The notes under the pieces: generated by a model
Told to the model about the DNA's origin: nothing
Databases searched by the model: none
What the model saw: only the letters and a program-made list of their open reading frames with translations
Position numbers and translations under genes: made by a program
DNA from: Bacteroidia bacterium
Lineage (GTDB): Bacteria > Bacteroidota > Bacteroidia > AKYH767-A > JBBKVM01
Direction: 5' to 3'
NCBI GenBank assembly: GCA_037968415.1
Contig: JBBKVM010000078.1
Coordinates: forward strand, 4,358-68,357
Length of the DNA stretch: 64,000 nucleotides
Shown here: positions 56,715 to 64,000 of the stretch, in pieces
How positions within the stretch are numbered: the stretch's first letter is position 1
How the letters are laid out: each line of letters opens with the position of its first letter

Positions 56715-57494
56715 ATGGAGGACCTAGGTGCGATTGTAAATAAGTTTGGGCCTGTGCGGCTTGAAGAAATGGATGAGGTGGCGCTGCAAGACAGAATCGA
56801 CACCAAATTTATTTTTCCTGAATATTTGGTGCCCACAATTCTTCAGGAATTGACTGAGCATTATTGGGTTTTGGAAGTGGCCGGCAGTCGGGTTAATGAT
56901 TACAAATCGTTGTACTTTGATACCCCTTCATTTGGTTTGTATCACGAGCATCATCGCGGTAAGCTCAATCGTTTTAAGGTGCGATACCGGGAGTATTCTC
57001 AATCGGGCACCCACTATTTTGAAGTAAAATTGAAAAACAATAAAGGGCGAACCATAAAGTATCGCGTGCCAGACGCGGGCATGAATGCATTTATATCCGA
57101 ACCCGCCAGCAAATTGCTCGACCGCACCACAGAAATGGTAGCAGGAGAACTGGAGCCCAAGCTGATGGTTAGTTACACACGCTTGACATTGGTAAGCAAA
57201 AAGAAAACGGAACGAGTCACCATCGATATGAATCTGCGATTTCACAAAGATCCTGAGGTGCGCGATTTTGGTAAGTTGGTGATAGCGGAACTGAAACAAA
57301 GCGAGGCTCGTAATTCAAAGTTCAGCGAAGTGATGCGAAAGTTTGGCATACGCAGCTTGGCCATTAGCAAATACTGCTATGGTGTAATAAGTTTGTACAA
57401 CAACATCAAGTACAATAATTTTAAACCAAGATTAATATCAATTAATAAGATTAGAAATGGAATTGTTGCAAATACTCACCGAGCCGGCCACTGA
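56715..57494 (+). CDS. VTC-domain (polyphosphate polymerase-like, TTM fold) protein
   Basis: RIDTKF, YKSLYFDTP, RFKVRYREY, YFEVKLK, VSYTRLTL, ERVTIDMNL, VIAELK and ISKYC; no signal peptide or TM helix. Confidence 0.85.
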   Translation: MEDLGAIVNKFGPVRLEEMDEVALQDRIDTKFIFPEYLVPTILQELTEHYWVLEVAGSRVNDYKSLYFDTPSFGLYHEHHRGKLNRFKVRYREYSQSGTHYFEVKLKNNKGRTIKYRVPDAGMNAFISEPASKLLDRTTEMVAGELEPKLMVSYTRLTLVSKKKTERVTIDMNLRFHKDPEVRDFGKLVIAELKQSEARNSKFSEVMRKFGIRSLAISKYCYGVISLYNNIKYNNFKPRLISINKIRNGIVANTHRAGH

Positions 57495-58077
57495 AGCCGC
57501 GGTTAACTTATACGATAGATTGACGTCCGACTTTTTTATCAGGTTGGCCATAGATATAGCAGCCTTGTTGGTGCTCATTCGACTAATCTATTTTCCGGTA
57601 TATAAAAACCGCGAGTTCTTTTTTACCTATTTCATTTTCAACATTGTTATCTTCTTTGTGACATACCTATTGAATAAAGTAGAGATCAGCATGGGTGCAG
57701 CCTTTGGATTGTTTGCTGTGTTCTCCATGCTTCGCTATCGAACTGAAGGTATTTCGATGAAGGATATGACTTATCTTTTTCTTGCCATTGCGATGGGTTT
57801 GATAACTGCGGTGGCCAAAGGTGGATGGGATCAGCTCATACTTCTGAATGCGATAATTCTTGCATTTACTTTTTTGCTGGAAAGCAATCTGTTCATGAAA
57901 AGAGAGTTTTCGAAACTGATTCAATACGAAAATATTGAGATGATAAAGCCTGAGTTTCGCGAAAGATTAGTGATCGACCTCGAAACGCGCACCGGCATAA
58001 AAATTAACAGGATCACCATCAACAAAGTTGATTTTCTGCGCGACACCGCCATGATCCGTATTTACTACTATGAGTAA
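57457..58077 (+). CDS. DUF4956 family inner membrane protein
   Basis: LIRLIYF, GAAFGLFAVFSMLRYRT, MKDMTYLF and IQYENIEMIKPE...DLETRTG; 4-5 TM helices plus a small C-terminal domain; overlaps the VTC gene by 38 nt. Confidence 0.85.
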   Translation: MELLQILTEPATEAAVNLYDRLTSDFFIRLAIDIAALLVLIRLIYFPVYKNREFFFTYFIFNIVIFFVTYLLNKVEISMGAAFGLFAVFSMLRYRTEGISMKDMTYLFLAIAMGLITAVAKGGWDQLILLNAIILAFTFLLESNLFMKREFSKLIQYENIEMIKPEFRERLVIDLETRTGIKINRITINKVDFLRDTAMIRIYYYE

Positions 58078-58744
58078 AATAATTTCCGGCATGTTGCTTT
58101 TATGTGTGATGGCTGCAGGCCAGCAGGCCATGGCGCAGCAACGCGATGCAGGATTGTGGGTGGATGCAGAATTAAAATACTTAATAACGGAACGCGTAGG
58201 TGTGCAATTGAGTCAGTCGTTTCGAATAAATGAGAATTTTTCCGAGTTGGGGAGTACATATACTCAAATAGGTGTTCAACGAGTGATTACTCCGGCCATA
58301 AAAGGAGGCGTGTATTATCGATTTTCTCAGAAGAAGCAACTGGATGAAAGCCATAGTTTGCGGCATCTTTATATCGTAAATGCGATTTGCAAATTTGAGA
58401 TCGGGCGGTACAAATTCTCAGTAAGAGAGCAATACCAATCACAGTACACTGATGTTGGAAGGAGCGAACATTCTTTTTTAGCGGAAAATCATTTGCGGAG
58501 TAAACTGTCTATAGATTATGATTTGAGAAAGCGCTATGCTCCATTTATGGCTGCTGAAATATATTATCTCATTCAGAATGAAGGAACGAGTTTCATTGAT
58601 AATGTGCGTCTACAAGCAGGTATTGAATATGAACTAAGTAAGAGAAGCGGATTGAGCCTTGGGTATCTCTTCAACAAAGAGGTGAATGTAAATAATCCCA
58701 CCACTGATTTTGTAATCAGGACGGGATATCAGCATCAATTTTGA
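58070..58744 (+). CDS. DUF2490 family outer membrane beta-barrel
   Basis: Signal peptide ending AMA-Q; DAGLW, alternating beta strands, ENHLRSKL, PFMAAEIYY, RLQAGIEY; terminal Phe; 8-nt ATGAGTAA overlap with DUF4956. Confidence 0.75.
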   Translation: MSKIISGMLLLCVMAAGQQAMAQQRDAGLWVDAELKYLITERVGVQLSQSFRINENFSELGSTYTQIGVQRVITPAIKGGVYYRFSQKKQLDESHSLRHLYIVNAICKFEIGRYKFSVREQYQSQYTDVGRSEHSFLAENHLRSKLSIDYDLRKRYAPFMAAEIYYLIQNEGTSFIDNVRLQAGIEYELSKRSGLSLGYLFNKEVNVNNPTTDFVIRTGYQHQF

Positions 58745-58747
58745 CTG

Positions 58748-59677
58748 TCACAGTTTAAAAAATTTTCCGGAAGAAGTCTTGGTGCCTTTTGTGTACACTT
58801 GAAAGAAGTAAAGCCCGTTGGGCCATTCGGAGCAATTCAATTCAAATTCTTGATTCTCAAACCGCGAGGGGGCTAGCACTTGTTGCCCTTGGTTGTTGTA
58901 CACGGTGATGAACGATGTCTCGTAACGCAAACCGGTTTTTTTAATGCGCAACAGCCCGGTGGTGGGATTGGGGTAGGCAATGTGAGAGCCGGTTTCCAGC
59001 TCATTGATATCACTGCCCAAGTCCGCGTACGAGATTAGGAGGTTGTCGATCATCCAGCCATCCAGATTAGTTTGAATGCTATCGCTTTTAAAGTGAAACC
59101 TGAGGATAAGTGTGTCGGGAAGAAAACGCAATGGGAATGCCCATACCCATTGGATAGAGGTATTAACCCAGCCGTTTGAAGTACCTGAAAATGCAGGTGT
59201 GCCATTGTTCAAAATATCGGTTTTTGTATATAAGTTTTGTGAAGCAAAAACGATTGGCGAGGTCACGGTGTCATCGTGAATTACATTGTGCCACGAAGCC
59301 CCCTGATTGTATGAAACTTCAATATAGCCTCCATCATTACCAATATCAGTTTGATATTTGTGCCGGAAACTCACGATCATTCCCAGATAATAATACATGT
59401 TGTTGGGCAATACCAAATCGAACCACGAATGGTTGGAAGTGGGGTAGGGATTGAGGGTATCTGTCATGAGGGCATTGGGAGGGGAATAGGCCGTGCCAAA
59501 AAATGGTTTTGTGGTAGTGCCTACTTTCCACACATTGGTTGCGCTGGTGTCAGGTTTGAATATTTGGCAGGTAGTTTCAAAGTTGCAACTGTCCAGATCA
59601 AAAATTCCTAAAAAGGGCTGAATCTGGGCATTTACGGACAATGAGTAGAGGATGATTAGTAAGGACAAGTAGCGCAT
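58748..59677 (-). CDS. Secreted hypothetical protein (jelly-roll/MAM-like) with T9SS type A CTD
   Basis: Signal peptide ending VNA-Q; NVWKVG, SFRHKYQTD..DGGYIEVS, FHFKSD...DGWMIDNL; CTD AYPNPT...NGLYFFQV. Confidence 0.75.
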   Translation of the reverse strand: MRYLSLLIILYSLSVNAQIQPFLGIFDLDSCNFETTCQIFKPDTSATNVWKVGTTTKPFFGTAYSPPNALMTDTLNPYPTSNHSWFDLVLPNNMYYYLGMIVSFRHKYQTDIGNDGGYIEVSYNQGASWHNVIHDDTVTSPIVFASQNLYTKTDILNNGTPAFSGTSNGWVNTSIQWVWAFPLRFLPDTLILRFHFKSDSIQTNLDGWMIDNLLISYADLGSDINELETGSHIAYPNPTTGLLRIKKTGLRYETSFITVYNNQGQQVLAPSRFENQEFELNCSEWPNGLYFFQVYTKGTKTSSGKFFKL

Positions 59678-59703
59678 TGCGTTGAAGTTTGGATAGAGGA
59701 AAG

Positions 59704-59728
59704 TTAAAGAAAGTTTGGCTTTCTTTAA
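59704..59728. promoter_or_regulatory. Inverted repeat TTAAAGAAAG-N5-CTTTCTTTAA in the divergent promoter gap
   Basis: Perfect 10-bp arms between the 309-aa T9SS gene and cotH. Confidence 0.4.
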
Positions 59729-59799
59729 AAAAAATGTATGATCTTTAAACCATTCAAAAACCCTCTCGTCAATACCCCAACCTAAACCTTATTTGAACC

Positions 59800-62142
59800 A
59801 TGAAAGGAAAATTTACTTCCCTATTGCTTGTCTTAGCGGCTTTGAGTTTCTGTAGCCATCAAACGGTGGCACAGAGCTTACCATCCGAGATGCATTTTAC
59901 AGCTGATGGCCGCATGTTGATGCTTGGAGATAATGCCAACACAGGCTTGTACGATCAATCAACAATCAGAAGCGTTTATCTCACTTTTTCTCAGCCCAAC
60001 TACTGGACTTTGTTGCAGAATAACTATTCTTCGCAAACTGATTTGATTGCCACCATGGTAGTGGATGGTGTTACGTATGACAGTGTTGGCGTGCGGTTCA
60101 AAGGACAGACTTCTTATTCCATGAGTGGCACTTCGCAGAAAAAGTCATTTAATATTTCTCTTGATTATTTGAAGTCATCACAACGATTGATGGGATACCG
60201 CACTTTGAATTTGAATAATTCATTTCAGGACCCATCTTTTATGCGAGAAGTATTTTATCAAAGTCAGATTAAAAAACATATACCGGCTGCTAAATCGGCT
60301 TATGTGAAGTTGTATATCAATGGAGCCAACTGGGGTGTATATCCTAATGTACAGCAACTGAATGGCGATTTTTTGAAGGAGTGGTTCTTTAGCAATAATG
60401 GCACCAATTGGCGTGCCGACAAGCCACCGGGAAGCCCGGGCGGACCTGGCGGTGGCTGGGGTGATGGCACTGCTGCACTCAATTATCTGGGTGCAGATTC
60501 CAGTTTGTATAAACCGTACTACACTTTAAAGAGCACAGACAAACTTACACCTTGGAGCGACCTGGTGAATACTGCAAATGTGTTGAACACAACCCCGCTC
60601 GCCAACCTGCCTACCTCACTGCCTGCAGTGCTGGACATCGACAGGACATTGTGGTTTTTGGCTAGCGAGAATTTATTTTCTGACGATGACGGATATATCT
60701 ATAAAGGGAAAATGGATTACTATGCATACTGGGAAGCCGAAACCGGTCGCATGACACCGTTAGAGTATGATGGTAACAGCGTGATGGAAACGAATTTTGC
60801 CACCTGGAGCCCATTTTACAACGAAACTAAAATCAATTACCCATTAATGAATAGATTGTTTGCTGTGCCTGAGTATCGCCAGCGCTACCTCGCGCATTTG
60901 CGCACCATCATGAATGATTATTTCAACGCTACTAGTGCGGGAGCAAAGTTGGATGCATACAAAGCGCAGATAGACACCATGGTTCAGAACGATCCTAAAA
61001 AAGCAACTACCTACAGTGCATTTGTGAGTGAAGTGCAGGTGTTGAAGAACTTTATGACAACCAGACGCAACACTTACAATGCCAACACAGAATACAACCA
61101 GCCCACTCCCGCCATTGCTGCCACCGCTTTTTATTTTGGAGGTATTGCCTGGCAGCAGCCCAACCCTGGTGTGCCTGTGAATGTGCGCACTACTGTCACT
61201 TCTGCTAACGGCATTTCAAATGTATACCTATATTATTCGAATGCACTGGTTGGTAATTTTACACGCATTGCCATGTATGATGATGGGCTGCATGACGATG
61301 GTGCAACTGGGGATGGTGTGTATGGGGAAGCCATACCTGCATTTGCTGCAGGAACCTACGTAAGGTTTTATATTGAAGCAGCTGGAAACAACACTGCCAA
61401 AACCGTTTCCTATGACCCTCCGGGCGCAGAGCATAATGTGTACACATATTTAATTACGCCTGCTTTGGCGTCCGTTTCTGACGTGGTAATCAATGAGCTG
61501 ATGGCTTCCAACACAACAGCTGTCCCTGATAATTTTGGGGAGTTTGATGACTGGATTGAGTTGTATAATAAGTCAGGCAATTCAGTCGACCTCACCAATT
61601 TTCACCTCACGGACAATCCACTGAATCTTACCAAATGGAAAATCCCAGCCGGAACAGTGATGCCGCCCAATACATATCTGATTGTGTGGGCTGACGAAGA
61701 TAGCAGCCAGGGCCCGTTTCATGCCAATTTCAAGTTGTCTTCATTGGGTGAGCAAGTATGGCTCATCAACACAGCTGGGCAAATAGCTGACTCTATTTCC
61801 TGGGGCCAGCAAATTACTGATATGGCCTTTGCGCGCGTGCCCAATGGTACCGGCAACTTTTTGATTCAGCAACATACATATGCTGCCAACAATAATTTGA
61901 GCAGCATTGCTCCCAGCGTAAACAAGGCCTTTGCGCTTTACCCAAACCCTACCAATCAGGCATTCAACTTAAACTTTGCCGTGCAGCCCATAGGAAGCAT
62001 TCAGGTATACAATGCACAAGGTAGACTGATGCACATGCAAACTGCCATGTTGAACCAAATTATATCTGTGGAAGGATGGCCTGCCGGAATATATCTCGTA
62101 AGGGCAGGAGAAGTAACTCGCAAAGTTGTAGTTAAAGAATAA
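59800..62142 (+). CDS. CotH-family atypical kinase with choice-of-anchor-X-like insert, lamin-tail domain and T9SS CTD
   Basis: Signal peptide; VGVRFKGQTS, KKSFNI, LNLNNSFQDPSFMRE, YVKLYING...GVY, LDIDRTL; MYDDGLHDDGATGDGVYG; VVINELMASN...DWIELYN; CTD LYPNPT...GIYLVR. Confidence 0.85.
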   Translation: MKGKFTSLLLVLAALSFCSHQTVAQSLPSEMHFTADGRMLMLGDNANTGLYDQSTIRSVYLTFSQPNYWTLLQNNYSSQTDLIATMVVDGVTYDSVGVRFKGQTSYSMSGTSQKKSFNISLDYLKSSQRLMGYRTLNLNNSFQDPSFMREVFYQSQIKKHIPAAKSAYVKLYINGANWGVYPNVQQLNGDFLKEWFFSNNGTNWRADKPPGSPGGPGGGWGDGTAALNYLGADSSLYKPYYTLKSTDKLTPWSDLVNTANVLNTTPLANLPTSLPAVLDIDRTLWFLASENLFSDDDGYIYKGKMDYYAYWEAETGRMTPLEYDGNSVMETNFATWSPFYNETKINYPLMNRLFAVPEYRQRYLAHLRTIMNDYFNATSAGAKLDAYKAQIDTMVQNDPKKATTYSAFVSEVQVLKNFMTTRRNTYNANTEYNQPTPAIAATAFYFGGIAWQQPNPGVPVNVRTTVTSANGISNVYLYYSNALVGNFTRIAMYDDGLHDDGATGDGVYGEAIPAFAAGTYVRFYIEAAGNNTAKTVSYDPPGAEHNVYTYLITPALASVSDVVINELMASNTTAVPDNFGEFDDWIELYNKSGNSVDLTNFHLTDNPLNLTKWKIPAGTVMPPNTYLIVWADEDSSQGPFHANFKLSSLGEQVWLINTAGQIADSISWGQQITDMAFARVPNGTGNFLIQQHTYAANNNLSSIAPSVNKAFALYPNPTNQAFNLNFAVQPIGSIQVYNAQGRLMHMQTAMLNQIISVEGWPAGIYLVRAGEVTRKVVVKE

Positions 62143-62166
62143 GAACAGTTATCGAAAACAAAGATC

Positions 62167-62198
62167 AATGCCGGACTAAAGTCCGGCATTTGATTTTT
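62167..62198 (+). terminator. Intrinsic terminator after cotH
   Basis: AATGCCGGAC-TAAA-GTCCGGCATT followed by TGATTTTTT. Confidence 0.7.
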
Positions 62199-62231
62199 TA
62201 AGATATTTAGCATCCAGTCAATTCTGAATTC

Positions 62232-62897
62232 TTGAGCAAGTTGTCACACATATTGAGCGCAGGTAGGCGAATATTTTCACCTAAGGTTTTTTGTATTGGG
62301 CAAAATAAAACCGGTACAACCAGTATGGCTTTGGCCATGCAACAGCTTGGGCATTATGTAGCACCTCAGCGTCCTGCTGAACAGTTGCTTGATGATTGGC
62401 ATGAAGGTAAATTTACATCCACCATAAACTTTGTGAAGTACAATGGTAGCGCATTTCAAGACGTACCATTTAGTTTGCCGGGGACTTTTAAAATTATGGA
62501 TCAGCATTTCCCGAATGCCAAGTTTATCCTGACGGTGCGAAATGATCCTGACGAATGGTATCGGTCGCTAACAAAATTTCATGCGCAAATGTTTGGTGAT
62601 GGGGAAGTGCCCAATTCGCAACAATTGAAGGCCGCTCAATACATTCGCAAGGGCTATGCCTATGACTTTATGAAATGGGTTTATAAAACTTCAGATGAAG
62701 ACATCTATAACAAAGAGTTGCTTACCATACATTACACCCAATTCAACCGCGAAGTTGTCAATTACTTTGAAAACAAAACGGGCAAACTAATGGTAATAAA
62801 TTTGAAAGCACCGGATGCTGCACAAAAGCTATCAGAATTTTTAGCAACCGGACATACCATTCAAGAAATTCCGTGGGAAAATAAAACCAACGGATAG
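62232..62897 (+). CDS. Sulfotransferase-like P-loop protein (Sulfotransfer_4-type)
   Basis: KVFCIGQNKTGTTS PAPS-binding loop, FQDVP, FPNAKFILTVRNDPDEWYRS; TTG start uncertain. Confidence 0.78.
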   Translation: MSKLSHILSAGRRIFSPKVFCIGQNKTGTTSMALAMQQLGHYVAPQRPAEQLLDDWHEGKFTSTINFVKYNGSAFQDVPFSLPGTFKIMDQHFPNAKFILTVRNDPDEWYRSLTKFHAQMFGDGEVPNSQQLKAAQYIRKGYAYDFMKWVYKTSDEDIYNKELLTIHYTQFNREVVNYFENKTGKLMVINLKAPDAAQKLSEFLATGHTIQEIPWENKTNG

Positions 62898-62899
62898 CA

Positions 62900-64000
62900 T
62901 CACTCTTCCTTTACCCGTTTTGCTTCGTCAATTTCCTCCTCAGTGTCCAGCTGATTTTTTCCTGTTTCGCAGTAATCTACCAACATCTGCAGATGCCTTG
63001 CCCAATGGTAATTGCACGTGGCAAAAAACTCTGATTGGCCAGACCAGCCTGTATGTCGGAAATCGAGTTTGGTGTAATCACCATGGTGAGCAATATTGAA
63101 AATGATATGTGTGCCCACCCATTCTTCGTCTCCTTTTATGCATTCCCATTCCACTCGCTCATCCTCTACCAGGTCTGTTATTTTCATTCTATTGTTCACG
63201 TATTCACCTAATCGGAATTCGTTTACAAATCCCACTTCCGGCATTGCAATGCATTGGGCGATCCACCATTTTGACAACCCCGTTTGGAGTGTAACTGCAT
63301 CATATACGGTGTGTTTATCTGCCTTGATGAGGACCTGGTGATAGATTCGGCCCGCCATGCCCAGCGCACCACCAGCTTTCAGCCTTTTTTCTTCTTCTTT
63401 TTCAAAAAACCATGAGGCTGCAAATCCGGTGAAAGTGCCCACCAGCGCCACGCCTGCTGTCATTAAAAAACCAGCTATGATTCTGCCTTCGGTAGTTACC
63501 GGAACTTTGTCACCATATCCCACAGTAGTAATGGTAACAAGCGCCCACCACAAAGCGTCTTCCGCTGTGTGTATGTTGCCGTTGGCGGTGCCTTCCACTT
63601 GAAGTATGGCAATAGATCCAAACAACACCATCAATACGGCTATTACGCTCACGGTATTAAAGGCACCCTGCGCCCGGTTATTGTAAACGTGATTGACAAG
63701 CACACGGATGGAACGAAACACACGGAGTATTCTTAGAAGTCTTATAAGCCTAAGCGTACGGCCTGCGCGCAATTCGGTAAAGTAGGGGATGCTCGAAACA
63801 AGGTCTATCCAACCCCACTTCATAAACTTTAGCTTGTTCTCGGCCAAATAAAATCGCACGCTGAATTCGAACAAAAAGAAAATGCAAATTAAATTATCTA
63901 TTAAATGGATGAGATGCGAAACCTCATAAGGTAGCACCATTACGGTATCTACAACGATAGCCACCAGCACATAGATGGAGAGTATAATCTCCATCATCGA
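62900..64000 (-). CDS. Voltage-gated-type K+ channel fused to a C-terminal SRPBCC domain (frame open at window edge)
   Basis: S4 RAGRTLRLIRLLRILRVFR; filter WWALVTITTVGYGD; after Met 63358 an SRPBCC-like domain (IYHQVLIKA...LSKWW...VEWEC...W...L..Y.ETGK). The codon upstream of ATG 63997 is TCG, so the true start may lie outside the window. Confidence 0.82.
   Translation of the reverse strand, partial: SMMEIILSIYVLVAIVVDTVMVLPYEVSHLIHLIDNLICIFFLFEFSVRFYLAENKLKFMKWGWIDLVSSIPYFTELRAGRTLRLIRLLRILRVFRSIRVLVNHVYNNRAQGAFNTVSVIAVLMVLFGSIAILQVEGTANGNIHTAEDALWWALVTITTVGYGDKVPVTTEGRIIAGFLMTAGVALVGTFTGFAASWFFEKEEEKRLKAGGALGMAGRIYHQVLIKADKHTVYDAVTLQTGLSKWWIAQCIAMPEVGFVNEFRLGEYVNNRMKITDLVEDERVEWECIKGDEEWVGTHIIFNIAHHGDYTKLDFRHTGWSGQSEFFATCNYHWARHLQMLVDYCETGKNQLDTEEEIDEAKRVKEE

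Noticed and set aside
1-64000. tRNA, rRNA, riboswitch, IS element, integrase or prophage genes
   Set aside because: No cloverleaf, rRNA-like tract, recognisable riboswitch core, transposase/integrase motif or terminal inverted repeats were seen by eye. An Infernal/tRNAscan run is needed to exclude short ncRNAs.

Overview
A 64-kb stretch of a Bacteroidota chromosome. The assignment rests on type IX secretion and gliding genes, TAnnTTTG promoter elements, and a mitochondrial-type aconitase. I found no rRNA, tRNA, CRISPR array, integrase or transposase. Bases 1-47 kb are mostly housekeeping and envelope genes: exbB/exbD, nhaD, mscS, a Glu/Leu/Phe/Val dehydrogenase, anmK, an acyl-CoA dehydrogenase, an orphan wza-wzc pair, the conserved murF-gldJ-porP-like / porU-porV-ispF T9SS cluster, cdd, pdhA-pdhC, csp, recG, pheT, aconitase, MFS, a LutA-like protein, an MsbA-like ABC transporter, GT2, purB, a TetR-TolC-MFP-RND operon and mqnA. 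At 48-51 kb is a B-family (ba3-type) heme-copper oxidase operon, including a 39-aa subunit IIa gene missed by the ORF track and an upstream TGACA-N2-TGTCA palindrome. The 51-64 kb segment is an accessory, secretion-rich island with four T9SS cargo genes: an 8x disulfide-rich FN3 protein, a beta-helix protein, a jelly-roll-like protein and a CotH-family kinase. These flank a tightly coupled operon of lipoprotein, YD-like repeat protein, VTC-domain (polyphosphate polymerase-like) protein, DUF4956 membrane protein and DUF2490 beta-barrel. This VTC-DUF4956-DUF2490-CotH module is the best candidate for an uncharacterised system; my hypothesis is envelope-spanning polyphosphate synthesis and export feeding extracellular phosphorylation. 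Other notable items are a K+ channel-SRPBCC fusion, a 66-aa Lys/Asp diblock protein resembling the RNA polymerase delta tail, a TetR operator candidate and an orphan antisense terminator. All family assignments come from motif recognition by eye; no searches were run.
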